A stretch of DNA of 64,000 nt from Marsupella aquatica (lineage: Eukaryota; Plantae; Marchantiophyta). The stretch is from the NCBI GenBank assembly GCA_973895155.1, contig OZ316897.1, positions 6,872,470-6,936,469 of the forward strand, given 5' to 3'. The notes below the pieces were generated by a model, which was given only the letters and a program-made list of their open reading frames with translations, made no database searches and was not told the DNA's origin. Position numbers and translations under genes: made by a program. Of this stretch, positions 1-13,506 are shown one piece after another (the first letter of the stretch is position 1; each line of letters starts with the position of its first letter).

Positions 1-1568
1 GTGGTTGATTTGAACTCCTCCGGGGGTAGTACCTGGCGGTAAGATCTTGATCGGCAAAAGCTTATGATTTGCGGCCAGGCCTGCCAACCAAGTAGGACAT
101 TGCCCTAGCATATGACCTTCCTGTCGGCATCCCATACATAGCTGAGCTGGTTGTCCATCACCCTGTTTGCGTGCATTCGGGCATTCTCTAGCAAAATGGC
201 CAGGTTGACCACAATTATAGCACGCCGCAAATCTTTGCACATTCGGCCTAGGAGGTACTAACGGGTTCTGAATAATCCGAGGATACATCTCTCCTGGATT
301 GTTCCTTAACCCTGACCATAGAGATGCAGGTCTGTTGGATAGGTCTCGTGCTCCAGTCTCACTGATGCCGAAAACACTATCAGCGGCATCTCCTAAAAAG
401 TACTCTACTTCTCCCTGACATGGTCTGATCTCGGCCACATGCCGAACATGATTAGTATGAAGCTTAGGACACGCATCTTTATGGTGTCCGGTTTTATAAC
501 ATAAGGCACACCATACAGAGCTATCCTCCTGTACTACCTTCTTCTTCGGTTTTACCTCTGCAATGATAGCCTTAAGTTGCTCGGTAAGGGCTACGATGTT
601 ATCTGGTGGCTTAGCCTCCAGCTTGACTTTCGTCTTCCCTCTCCTTCTGCCCTTCCTTTTCCTAGTTTTTTCTTCTTCAGAACTAGAAGATGACTCACTC
701 TTGCTACTCCCACTATCCGAGCTTGACTTATCACTTCTAGACTTCTTAGAATGTTTCTTCTTCTTATCTTTTTTCTTATGGGGTGATCCCTCCTCTCTGA
801 TGAGGAACTCTCAGACTTAAGCTGTTTCTTCCGGCTTGTGATATCTGCATTAATGTATAATTGAATATCCTTAATTGCTTCGGCTAAAGTCTCCGGGTTC
901 TCCTTCCTAATTGCAAAACTCATCTTCTGTGGCAAAGCATTCACCAACCATTGAAGTTGCATACCTTCAGATGCATTGGTCTTTGTACGTCTTACCAGTT
1001 TCTGAAAGCGTTGCAAGAACTTCCTGAAGGATTTGTTCTCCTTGAACCGAAGTTGTCCCAACTTCAGCACTGCTAGTGCTGAAGTTCCAATGGGTTGAAA
1101 CTCCTTAACAAAGAGTGTTTTGAAGATATCCCAGATGGCTTGATCTTCCACATCTAATGCTCTATACCAAGGCCTAGCCTCACCCTTGAACAGGCCGGGA
1201 AGAATCTGCATCTTGATGGCCGATTCTCCATTTGCTATAGCGGTTCCCTCGAAATCATCCAACCATTCGTCCGGATCCTCATCTCCTCTCCCATGAAATG
1301 CCTTGTAATGTATGCGCGACCGCTGGCTCAATCTGGTCCCTGGCCTCTCGTCTGGCCGTGCCTCTGGTTCCCCCATGTCGGTTGGAGACTCACTTCTCCT
1401 TACCGACTCTTCTTCTGGTATGTCTTCTTCGACGCCACTTCCAATTTCGGAGCTACCAGCTCTTTCTGCCCCTCTCAGTCGCTGTGTATCATGCCACCCG
1501 GCGAGCTGCTGCAGTCGAGCTCTCTCCCGTTGAATCACTCTTTCTTCCCTCGGCGTAAGGTCAGTCAT
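1..1568 (-). pseudogene. gag: gag of family A copy 1, with a 2-bp insertion frameshift near 795
   Basis: Capsid-like region FHGRGDEDPDEWLDDFE...ARPWY. The shifted frame continues into three zinc knuckles (CALCYKTGHHKDAC, CYNCGQPGHFAREC, CMGCRQEGHMLGQC). Confidence 0.88.
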
Positions 1569-1615
1569 TACCTACGCTTCCGTTCTAACTTCATATCTCA
1601 CGGCTTAAGAAATGC

Positions 1616-1633
1616 CCCCTCCATCTAGCGCCA
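1616..1633 (-). promoter_or_regulatory. Primer-binding site, probably tRNA-Asn
   Basis: TGGCGCTAGATGGAGGGG lies 4 nt after the LTR terminal CA. It is complementary, with 1 mismatch, to the plant tRNA-Asn 3' end (...CCCCUCCUUCUAGCGCCA, recalled from memory). Confidence 0.8.
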
Positions 1634-1637
1634 AAAA

Positions 1638-4600
1638 TGTGGTGCGTCCCATGGCTCCCTGAACCCAAGAAACCCCCCAGCTCAAGCCGATTCCCGCGGG
1701 TTTCGCGCTTAGCGAGGCCGTTTCCGCGGCTTAGCGGCATGGGACGCTGCTAACCTTCTACTACTACTATTAACATTTTACACACATATACTGGACAGAT
1801 CCTTCATCGGGTCATGAGATACGTAGCCGGCCTAATCTAGGCCTTCCCCTGTCTTCCCCTCCGTCTTGTTAGGTATGTTTGGATTCCGCCGCCGGAATGA
1901 TCCCCAATAGGCTTGGTTAAGCCGCTAAGACCTCTCTCAGCTCGACACATCCAACTCTCACTCCCCTGCTTACTTTCCTTCCTTCTGGTTGATGTGGGCA
2001 CTCTTCACACAAGTTAATGCGACACACAAATAGCAAAATGACTCATTCTGACTGAGTCATACCATGCACTTGCCATACAAACAGTACATCTCATACACAA
2101 GTTCTGCAAACTAAGCCGTGAGGCCAACTCTATTCAGCTCTTAGGCATGAGGAAACATGAATATACACAAGGGTCACTGTATGACTAACCGAGAGCTTCT
2201 CGTACTACTTGATCCCAGCCCGGCTGGTGCAAACTAAAAACTTGCTAAAGAAGAGGCCCTGAGCTCCCCGCTGCCCAGGTACTTATCCTGGTAGTGGATC
2301 CGCCATTCTTTGCATCGTAAGCCTAATCTACTTAACAGTAATCTACTTGCCCGAATCTACCTATGTACAGCAAGGCAGGAGCACAAGTGTTGCTCCTACC
2401 AGTGGGACCGCAATCCCACTAAGCTAAGTGTCAGGGCCGCTCCTGGTTCTGATCCTAATCCTAAACGTGGAGATCCGCGCCCGCCCTGCCCACTCACGCC
2501 TCCTCCCTCCACGTCCACCCTCCCTAAAAGGAACGGCGCCCTTGCACCGTCACGACATCGGTGGGGATCCTTAATGGACGCCCCCAACGCTTCCTCCTCA
2601 GCCACTGCCGTAGGCTCATTCCCTGACAGATTACCTGCCCTTGACTAAGTCAACTCTCCATCGGCCTGACTGGGTCCACCATCGGCGTCGGCATCGGCTC
2701 GGGAATGGGTTACGGCCTCAGCCTCGGCTACGGTCTCCCCGGCCTGCTCAAGAGGCGGATCTGGAATACCGGCCTCATTACTGAGTAGTTCGGCTTGGGC
2801 CGCACCACCCCCACCTGTGATGATAGCGGGATATATTGCTGTATTCATGCCGGAGGATGGTGCTGGTTCTACCTCTTTGGTCACCACGGCTTGTGGAGTC
2901 GGATTACTCCTTGACCCTGAAGGTTTCCGCTTTTTCTTCTTTTCTGGTTCGGCAGCTGGTCCCTTCCCCTTCCCACTTACTTCCGGCACTGGTGCAGTTG
3001 GCGCGGCTTTTTCTTCGGCCAGTACCACTCCTGGTAACTTGGTTGCCCCAATTGGAGTTGGGCCTGATGAAGACAAGCACTTAAATACTGCGGCTTGTTT
3101 CTTCAGCCGCTCCGTTTGGTTGTCGGCCCGCCGCTGGAGGTTCTCCATCTTCCTTGTGATTTCCTCCAACTCCTCCTGGGTCTCATCCAGGTCCTTGCGT
3201 GCCTCCTCTAGTTCCTTCTGGGCTTCCTCCCGTTCTTGTTTCAAGGTAGTCCTCTCCTCCTGGGTTGCTCTTAGCTCCTTGTCGAGCTTTGCAATGATGA
3301 TAGACTCCATCTGGTTCATCTTGGCGTAAGTCTGTTCGAGCATCTCGTCCTTCTCCCTTAGGTCGGCCTTGAAGCTGGCCGTCAGGGATGCAAGCTCCTG
3401 CTGCAGCGCCATAATCCCTTGATAGGATTTCCCTAACTCGGCCTCCTTCTGCTCAAGGGCTCCGCGGATTTTCTCGAGCTCCCCTTTCAACGCCCATTCT
3501 TTTCTTTGGGTCTCCGCCATGGCCCGGTTGTTGGCTGTTATGTGGGCCTCCTCTGTATTCTTCAGCTCTTGCTTCCACTTCTCCCTCTCTTTGATTGTGT
3601 CGGCCAACTCTCCCTGCGTCTGAGTCAGTTTATCCTTGATATTCTGATTATCAGCCTGCGCGGTGTCCAACTGACCCTGCATGATGTTCAGCTCATGTCG
3701 TTTAATCCGCAGTTCATCTTGGGCTTTCTTGGCCGCCCTTAGATCTTCAATCTCGGCTTCCATCCTCCTAAGCCGCCGAATGACCTCGTCCTTCTTGCTT
3801 CTCTCTAAAGCCACCGCTTCTTCTAATTGGTGCTTCTCCAACTGCTCCCTATGGAAAAAGGGTCCTACCTCCAACTCCTCTCCAAAGATGCCGAGCGCAA
3901 GTTCCCCACACATCTCACCATACTCCATGGCTCTATTCTTAGCGTAGGTGGAGTAAGTAGAAGTGCTCGGCATCGCCCATCGCGGCCTCTGCTCCCAAGC
4001 CATCTTGCGGATCTCTTCAATCGTGGCTAGAGGTTTGCTTCCTTTTTTGGCTAGCCGCCTGATGTCCTCCGGCCAATCTCCTCCTGGTAAATCCTTTTCC
4101 TTAGCCAGGGCTGCCTCCTCTTCCTGCTTGATTCGCTCCTGAAATTCCTGCACCGTCTGTTTTATGCCGTCAAAGCTCGGGGGAGCAACATCTGGTGGGG
4201 AGACTCAGGGCTACTCTGCTGGTTGGGGTCCCCTCGCACTACCCTTGGAAGTGTGGGGACAAACCGGCCACAGGTCCTTACTCCTGGAACGTGATGGTCC
4301 GACCCATAGCCGGAATTATCATGGCTGCAGTCCTCCACTGCCTCCTCTACCTCTTGGACGTTCGGCTTCTCCCTCTCCTCTTCGTCGGTAGGAGCTTCAG
4401 GCAATTCTGCCTCAGATTCGGAGCTTGAGGTTCCCATGTACATTCGAACACCTGGCTTGGATTCCGGCCTGATTCTCTCCTTGTCTCCAGCAAAGGGTTT
4501 TTCTCCTGTGAGCCGGTGTAGGCCTACCTCTGTAGTAGTGTCCTGCATTGTTGCCGTTGCCGTTGTTGTTGCCGATGCCGATTTCTTTTCTTTCTCCAGT

Positions 4601-6298
4601 AGTTTCAGCAGACTCTGCATGCCTGGTTGCTGCATCGGCAAGTCCTCCTTCCTGGGCCTAAACACCTGCTCGATCGTAGGGCTAACAGGTGGTTGAGGCT
4701 TCTCAGCCAACGGCCTCGGCGTTGGAGCTTCCTCGGGTGCCCTTACCTGCAGGGGAAGTACCGGGGCAAAAGTCTGACCTCTGGCATACCGGCACAACAG
4801 CGGCATGTGATAGCCAAGCCGCGACACGCTCCCCATGCCGATTACCTGCTGCTCCTCCTTTAAGATCTTCTTCAATTGGTTGAGGAGGTACCCGTTGTAG
4901 TCCCGGCTTGGGTCTGGCCTTTCTGCCAGATAGACCTATGCCTTGCCGATCTCTGCCCTCGGCAAGTTACAATGCATGGTCACCCGCAAGAAGTCGATCA
5001 TCTCTCCTATGTGCGGGTTGGTGCAGGTGTTCCGGAAGAAGCCATTCTTCGTTGATGGCCCAGGGAACGACCGGAACTCCTTGTCAGGCAAGGTCTTCCT
5101 GGTATCAACTTTGGTCTTATTGCCTATCGGCAAGCCAAACACTTCGGCAATTACCTTGGGAGTAAGATAGAAATCCTTCCCATATATCCTCGTGCAATTG
5201 GTCTCGGGTTCCCATGACCCCACGAATTCTAATAGGTCTGACTCCGGTACCTCCGACTTCAGCCATGGTAATCTTACAAAGGCCTCTAAGCCGGATCCGG
5301 CCATGAAGCCTTGGTACCTCTTGGTCTGCATGGCCGTGAAGCATGCATCCTCCTCCCGTGCAAAATGTAGTTGCACCTCCACCGGTAGGGTTTCCGCCCA
5401 GCCCTTCCAGGTGTCATCCCTGGTTGGAATGGCCTTGATGGGATCGACCTCCTCCTCTTCGGCTTCTCCCTGCCTCCTCCTCTGCTGCTCGGCTGGCTTC
5501 TTTGGTGCCGCCGACCTCGTTCTTTTTGCCGGGGTGGCTTCATCGTTGACGGCTCCCTTCCTCTTCATCTCTGCTGCCGTGGAGGTTTCTCCTAGCACCG
5601 TTGCCTGGGTCCACCTTTCCGTGCTACCCTTTAATTCCCAGTGTATGTCGTTGCAGTTCTTGATGGCCTCTCGGATGCCGACGACGTTGTCTTTGCAAAA
5701 CAGAAGATCGTCGAGTTGATTGGAAGTAGGCATCCACAGGAACTCGTCCTTGATGAGTTCGCCTCCTAAGAAAGCCGTCTTCTGCAGCTCCCACAATCGA
5801 GCGAGCTCCTGCCGTTCTCGAGCTACCCTTTCTGATTCCTCGTCCTCGTAAGTCTTGATGTACTCAGTTGCCCGTTCGAACAGGCATCCCCAAAAATGTG
5901 CCGCTTGATTGACGTTGCTCATACCCTCCTTAGGTTGATCGTCGGTATCTACTCTCTCCCCGAGTGCTTGCCTAAGCAGCTGACAGTAGTTGGCCTCCCG
6001 TAGTCGTCTGCCTAGTTCGTGCTCACAAATGAGCCACCATCTCCTGCAAGCGCTCCTTACCCCTCTCCTCTGCCGGTCCTTCTTCCCGTTGATCCTTCCT
6101 AGCCGCCGACGCTTAACGCGCCCTAACCCTAATCGGGTTTTCACCCTCAGCGTCCTTACCTCCGGCCTCGGCCCGGGTTCCATGGTTGCCCCTAATTTTT
6201 TATATTTTCCTTGTTTTGTCCCTATACTAAGGTGTTCCTAGGGTGCCTTCCTGCTTTACCCACTTAACTGGCCGAGTGATTCCTGTCTAGGCATCACA
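1638..6298 (-). repeat. 5' LTR of family A copy 1 (about 4.66 kb, ORF-bearing)
   Basis: TG...CA termini. The same start (TGTGATGCCTAG) occurs directly after the PPT at 23500 and at 58269; the same end occurs at 19793, 46946 and 62821. Confidence 0.9.
2645..6183 (-). pseudogene. LTR-encoded accessory protein (PW...EFV...FGLP domain plus long coiled coil), disrupted copy
   Basis: ORFs 4936-6183, 4162-4875 and 2645-4153 align collinearly with the intact 58384-61818 ORF. Breaks are a CAG>TAG stop at 4936-4938 and a frameshift near 4200. Confidence 0.88.
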
Positions 6299-8118
6299 GG
6301 GGCATTAGTGAATACTTGAGTCGATGGTTCGACTGTCCAACCTGCACACATACATTTTCTATTATTATACATGTGCAGAATCCCCCCCCATGTGAATGGA
6401 CTCCAGATATAATGAGTTCTTCCATTGTTGACAAGATCAGACATTACCTGCCCCTCTTCCAGCATTTGTAGGTACTGTATTTTGAAATCCCTGCCAATTA
6501 CCTTCACCACCTTCCCAACTTTGTTCATTCCACGACCCACCACCATCCTCCCAACCTGGTTCAACCCATGTCTATCCTTGTGGACATTGGAACTGATCAT
6601 TACCAGCATTTGCCCAATAAGGTTGGGCAGAATCTGCATGCAATGGCAGGTGGACAGAATTTCATGTTGTCTAAATCCAATACATCCCAAACAATGTCAA
6701 AAATTGATATGCAGTCTGAAATTCAAGAGTGCCATGCCTTCACAAATAACTGGCATATAGATATATACTCACATCCCCATGGTTGAGGTGGATGTCCATA
6801 CCCACGAGACTGTGGGTTTGGACCTGCTCTGCCTCTACCACGGGCATAACCTAGAGCTTGCCCCCTGCCATAGTATTGGGCACTAGCCTGGGATCTACCA
6901 CTACTACCACCTCGCCAACCTTGATCAGAGGTCAGCCCCCCTGCTAGTATGGTGCATGCACAGGCTTTGCAGGCAAAACAGAACTGGCAGAACGCTGCAT
7001 CACATCACCAACTACAATGTCAGGAACTAAGCAAGGTACATAGGGTGTAGTACTGAACATATGAAACCTCTCAACAAGAGTTTTTAACTCTAAACCTAGC
7101 TTGTTGGGAAAACTACTTACCTGTTTCTTTTGGGGCTGCTCTACAATGTATTCATCTTCATAACCCCCATCCTCATCCATTTCCTCTGGAAAATACTCAT
7201 CATCTGCATCTTCTTGTCTAGTGTCTGCACCCACTTGCGCAGCATCCATGTCATCTCCACATTCTGCCATTGTAGGTACGACCTTCTTGCTCAACCTGTC
7301 ACTCCAACGCACGGGCCCAGAGATAGTGCTGGTCACCCTTCTTGCGTACTCCTTTTGTTTCTTTGAAAAACCTGCTGCTCTGCGACATTCCAATATGAGA
7401 ATACAATCACAATTTCAGTGCCACATTGAACTATTCATGTCACACAAACTCAGCGGAGGGGTGTAGTTGAGAATCGTTCCCTTACAATTCAGCCACATCC
7501 TTTTCCAGATCCAGTTCTGCAATTTTGGCTTTCACGTATGCTCGTTGTTCCATAGCTTTCCTTTCATACTCACACATCTCTGTGTCACTCTGTTCCATCC
7601 TACTGGACCACAAAAACATGTCATCTATGGTCACCCCGTATAACACAATGCAACCACAATCACCAAGCATCCATCCATACATCTGTGTTGCTTCATAATT
7701 ACTTTATTACACATCCCCTCACTAATGTCCATGCAAACAATTCACATTACTCATGGCACAAGCACACTGTTGGCATCTGCATCTCTGAATTTGCCTCCTT
7801 TAGCAAATGCATCTACCCTTGTCATAGGAATGAAGTCCCCGCTATCATGAACTACAGGCACTTGGTCTGAACGCCGACGATCAAAGGCACTATGAGAGTG
7901 TAAATGAAACTCAAGGTTTGATCCTTCCATCCAACGTTGCCTGGCCTGTTTATGACAGACTACACGCCAACCTGGGGAGTCTTCCACATCCAGGAAGAAA
8001 GCTTGCTCCACCTGACTGGGAAACACAAATGGCTCAGACCATTCGGGCAATTTCCCTCTGAAATTGGCCAGCAAGAAACCGTCGTTGTCTCTCCTCATGG
8101 TAGGGGTATGATAGCCAT
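6299..8118 (-). mobile_element. CACTA/EnSpm remnant, downstream part (transposase C-terminus plus decayed accessory gene)
   Basis: DGFLLANF...EPFVFPSQVEQAFFLD...GWRVV (7751-8118) matches the DUF4216-type C-terminal motif of CACTA transposases. Decayed ORF fragments follow at 7482-7682 and 6944-7393, then an RGG/W-rich region. Confidence 0.72.
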
Positions 8119-8809
8119 GACAGAAAACAAAAAACAAAAAACCTGTTACCAGGAAATTTTTTGCTGTTAACAGTCAAATATAACTGTTACCAATAAGCGA
8201 TTCCCTGTTACCAGTTTTGCATCAACCATAGCCCTTTGGTCCGAATGAAAAACTACGCTAATCACAAAATTTTTCTGAAGTGAATTAGGTTTAAAACAAA
8301 CAATTATTGTGTGCCATCCGATGGATGAAGAGTACTAGCAATCCTCCCTTGCAACAACATTTTGATCTGGAAGATAACTGAATACGGTATGGGGACTATA
8401 CTCAATGAAACATTCATTCAAATATCACTATTCGTCCAAGCTAAAAAGTGAATCTTAGGGTGGGACCCACCACAGAACAAGTGAAGAGTAGTGTCCAAAT
8501 GAACTCAATCAAAATGAGTTCACTTAAATGGACTGAGTATCGTGACAAACAAATGACAAAACACCTCCTAACGATTTATTTCAGAATAATTGAATAAACG
8601 TGGCTTGAAAGATAAAACATAATGATATCAACTTACACATTTTAAATAAAACATAGTGTAATGCTTACACTACACGCGTACATAATAAAAGCAGCGCCTG
8701 GCGCTAACCAAAAAATACTGAATAAAACAAGTAACATATCCGGTTGGGTAAAGACAAAATAGTGACTATCCGTTATATTGAACGACCTATACGGAAGTTT
8801 CAGCCCCTA

Positions 8810-11800
8810 TTATAAGCCATTCAAGTTCTGCCTCTCCAAGACAAGCCTGACTTCGCCCACAGTCAAAATTGGTTGGCTACAAAGAGTCGACTCCTCAACC
8901 TCAAGTTTAAAAACATTTATGTACACCCAGTATAGATGTTTACAAGGCATGTACGACTTGCCCCGCGAATGTCGTAGGAAGAAGTCCTCACAAGAGCAAG
9001 CAGGGAAGATACAGATTTGCACGAAGTACGTGCTTGGTCATCGAAGGTTCTCATGGGTTTGAATTCAAAATTGCTTTCCAAAAGCATTTTCAGTCCGAAC
9101 ATTCCATTCCCCATCCAAACTCATCTCTTCGTGTCGTGCAGACTCCATTCGCTTAGTGTGACCCACAGTGAGATTAGACTGAGGTCTTGAGTTCCTCCCA
9201 TTCCGACTACCGAGCCAGATATTTGGCTCCAAAAACCTTATTGTTTCTGGGAACACGTTCACATTTATCCTAAGGTCAAACGAAGATGGCGCAGATCGAC
9301 TCGATCCTGTTGTTCGGGCTAAGACAAGTCCTTGCTCTTCGAGGAACGTGATTTCAGAAGGAGATAGGTTCGTACCCTTCAGAACAGGCAAAATTTCAGG
9401 AAGAGGAGGAAGCTGATGAACACCACAACGCGGATGACTCTTATAACAGGTTTGGTTTGGGCAGAACCAAATCATTTCGGAGATTGGTTCGCCCCTGAAG
9501 AGACGATGGCCCTTCACGACAATTCCAACAACACCTTCAGACGAATGGAAGCCAACCTTCTTGATACGATTTCGACACTCATCGCAATCAGAACTCCCAT
9601 TGAGTGTCCCATTACACTGGGGACCTGCTCCATACTTGGACGTCCGTCGCAGCTGCCACTGCCCCAGAGGGACATCCTTCTCGAGCACAATCGTGCGTGG
9701 AAGTGGATTCTAAAGTGAGGCTGGTGCACTGAGCGGAGGTTTTGTGGATCTTGTTGTACGGGTTGTTTGAGGGGTATTGTCCAGTGAATCAGTATCACCA
9801 TCTGATGTGTCCATACCAGAGAGATTCACCACTCTTGTCACAAGATCATTAGAATTTGAGGGAATGGAGGCAAAGTCAGTTCTGTTTAGGTTTTTCCTTT
9901 CAAACCACGAGTATTTGGTGTGGTTATGAGAACGGTGTCATGCCGATGGGAGTCTTGTGGAGAGACAGTCCCAGTTGCATGTCCCTTTCTCTTCATTGAC
10001 TTGGTCATGATATCTCCGTTAAGGGGAGTACTTCTTTCCAAATCGAAGTCCGCTGTGTTGGAAAGAAGCATGTTGGTCGCATCTTCAAATAACCTCGGCG
10101 AACCTGCTTGATCGGCGGAATGGAACGCCAATTCCCATATAGTTGGTCCCTTTCCTCTGTTCAACCCTTTTCGATATGCACTGTATCCCGCAACTTGAGA
10201 CAGGGCTCGGTTTTGGTCCACTTTGCATGCTTCAAAAAGACCAATTTTTTTCTTTGTAGCCCAGGCTTTCATAGACGCATGCCTTGATTCTGACCCTGTA
10301 TAGTTTGGAATCAAGGCACCTTCTTCTGCGCTTTTGCTCTGCCATAGTCCGAATGCAATAATCAGTACTAGCATTGTATTACCAGCGCCCGGCGTTGGCA
10401 CCGATAAGTATTTATAACATACGTGAAATACAATTTAGATTATGATTATGGAACTTTATGGACATGTTGGACTCAAATACGAGCAAATCATACCAACGCT
10501 TGGTGCTAATATAAAGTTGATGGAAATGAAAGACAAGAGAGGAGATGGATGTCATACCACTCGAATAAAATTGCCCCACTGGCGCCATCGAACAACCCAC
10601 CAGGATATCCAGCTTTGTAGCATCATGAGCTTTCCAGGGACATAGTTTCTTGATTGCCACCAAACCACAATCTCTCGGGACACGCGATACGCTACCACAA
10701 ACGTTGGAGCGTTTCTTAGTTTCTCCCAAAGTCTCCGATGTTCCGATTGACATTCTTCGAGTACTCCTTCCTTGGAATGCCGATGGAAAGATTGATAAAA
10801 GTGAAATGCATCAGAGCGCTCCCTCTCTGGGTCTGGGTGTCCACCCAAAAAAACATTTTGCACAGCATTCCATCCAGCTTGTGCATTGTCCGCCATAAAC
10901 CCTTGGATGACAACCTCCTGTAACCCATTCTCCTTGCAAACCTCAATCATAACTCTCCAAGCCTTTTCGAAAGACTCAGTGTCTTCACCTTTCAACTCGC
11001 ATGTGAAAATTGTACAAAGTGCACGGAAGTTATGGTCGTAGACATGCGCGCTAAAAGTAAACCAATTGGTTGTGATACGCTGCATCACATCAAAACTGAC
11101 CCAGGCTCCTTCGAGTCTTCCACCAGGTTGCATCTGTCTCAAAAGATCCACACCAGAACCGTGACCCTTCGTGGTCATGTTAAAGATGTGAGGCCTGTTG
11201 TCTTGACATCCCTGACCCGGGAGCAAATACCTCTGGAGAAACGACAGGTTAATCTTCTTCTGCATTTGCGAGAGAAAATCAAGTTCACCCCGACCCTTTT
11301 GGTCTATCCTAACGCTCCGACAAAGAGATGCAAACTTCTGGGGAGTGGAAAGTACCATCAGAGACTTCCATATTTCAGTTTCTTTGATATCGACCATGTC
11401 GTCAACATGTTCGTAGAGAGCTTTCACTATGGACCCTATAGCAGAATTCAAGATCCCAGCTGGTTTTTCCAGAGGATTGGCTTCATGATTTTTTTTAATT
11501 AAATCCTCAGCCATCTTCTCCGCACTCCTACAGAAGGTTTTTTCTACCTGGATGGTTATGCTCACCTATATGAATCGCCAGGCGGGACATATGACTACAT
11601 GTTTCCGCATCAAGTAATACTTGCGGGTACATATAGAACAAACGGGCAGGGCAGTACTTGACACAAAAAGGAATCTGATCACAATAATGACACACAACAC
11701 CGCCCTCTTCGATAAAAGATCCGACAACATACTGACCACTAAGCTTTGGAGTACCCTGCCATGCCTTAGCATTTGCCTTCTTCTTCCTTTGGAAGTACTC

Positions 11801-12543
11801 GCAGGACTTGTTCCGACATTCAATGAATCCCGTACAGGTAACCTTACCGAATTGCCAAAGTTTTTTCTGCTGAACGTTCGCGGTAGTTGGAAATATGCGT
11901 GTCCAAATGTAGCAATCTTTGGCACGGTCCATGTCCCTAAGCCTAGAGCCTTTAGAGAGCATCTTGTCAATGGGTGGCAATTCAAACACGACGTTCTCGT
12001 TGTACTTAGTTGGCAGACAGGAGACTTGCTCATGTCTGAAATCACCCGTTGATATGAACCTCGATAACTTGCTATGACCAGTGGATTTGAGTAACGTATC
12101 CATTGCACTCCGCCGATACACGACCTCCAACTGGTTAGAGCTTCCTGGAGTCTCACCTTTAATGACAGCATGTTGCGGGACTTTCATTTCAACGTAGGAC
12201 TTGGAGTGTGATCCCCATCTTCACTAGAAGAAATCTTGACAACATCAAATGGAACTTGGGGGACACTGGACGGTCCTACATGTTGTCTTACTCGAAGTGA
12301 GTACAAAATCCCCGCGTATAGATGCCAAAACCGTTCACCATCATCCACATTGAATGTTGCTGCATCTTCAATGTCATCACTGGTTTCGAGCTCTCAAACA
12401 ATGGCCTCAATATCATTCATCCTCAAATCAAATCTCTCGCAAAGGTATCTCTCTCGGACCTGCTTGTACGTGTCTTCCACAGGGACGGGGATGGTCACAA
12501 TATCTCCAGTCCCGAATCGGGATAGAACGATGGACCGAGACAT
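8810..12543 (-). pseudogene. MULE transposase (GCM-like Zn domain, DDE core, Cys-rich region, SWIM); intron 10339-10557; frameshifted
   Basis: Motifs in order: KVTCTGFIECRN...CHYC...HIGEHNHP; WVSFD; GFMADNAQAGWNA...SDAFHFYQS; TGSESRH (third catalytic residue); CSCEDF...CKH (SWIM). The GT-AG intron position is shared with the MULE-2 copy. Confidence 0.85.
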
Positions 12544-13506
12544 TGCAATCGAAAACAAATAACGAGGGTTGTAATGTTTCGAGGAAGAAAAGTCTATGGT
12601 AATATGGAGCTTATATCAGTAAAACATGGGAACTTCACGTTAACAGATCCGTTTGTATAAGACATAAAACATAGTCGACATAGGATCCGTTGGCGACATA
12701 AATGATTTTTGTCATTTTTCCCCGATAAGTCCATATGTCAGACGCATACATAATGCCAAAAAAGACACCACAAAAATCTTTAACAGACTCTAAGATATTG
12801 TATAGTTGGAACAATTTGAGTAGCGCCTGGCGCTAACTAAAATGTCTCCAACATAATATGCCCCAAATCTTGATATTCCATACTAGCGCCTGGCGCTAGT
12901 ATACGAAAAACCCTCTAGATATCCATCAATACTATGAAATAATTGGATTGAAATGATCAATGAAAATGTGAATTCTTTTAAAACTATGGATGAAAAATAC
13001 TCGTTATCACTAGCGCCGGGCGCTAGTATAGGATGCAAGTAATGTTTCCCACAAACCATTAAAACAATAGACATTTCTTTAAATATGGGGTTGTTTTGAT
13101 GAAATTTATGTATTCGAGGCACCATTTAAGACCTATTCTATAGCTGTTGTTTTTACTAGCGTCGGGCGCTGCCATGACAATCATCCAAATTATCTACTTC
13201 AAGGGAAGTTGTTTATAATAGCGCCCGGCGCTAGTATTCCAAGTGAGGGAGGAAAACGGTCATAACGGTAATATTTAACGGTAACTTCTGAGTTCCGTGT
13301 GTGTTACGCTTCTTCTACCGCTTGATTTAGCTAATTAAGTTCTTAGCATACATACGTTGGAATCCGCCAAACTTACGAGCTTCTCGCTTTAATCGAAGAG
13401 TTCCGCTGAACTCCACCCTCCTTCTAGAATATATTACACGTTGAGAGTTGATTAGAGTTCCATAATTTCATTGTACGATAGTTCGTACGCTTCTGGAAGG
13501 AAGACG

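Larger units (their letters stand above)
1..6298 (-). mobile_element. Ty3/gypsy LTR retrotransposon family A, copy 1 (5' LTR, PBS, gag; runs off the left edge)
   Basis: On the minus strand: LTR TGTGATGCC...CACCACA, then PBS, then gag with CCHC knuckles. Near-identical to the inverted copy at 58269-64000. Confidence 0.93.

Noticed and set aside
2817-5719. Recurrent antisense ORFs (for example 2817-3329, 5192-5719 and their copies)
   Set aside because: They are shadow frames of the E/K-rich sense ORF and recur only because the DNA is repeated.
12821-13234. CRISPR-like array or bacterial REP elements
   Set aside because: The repeats are only 15 bp, irregularly spaced and also found in spliceosomal introns; there are no cas genes and the context is eukaryotic.
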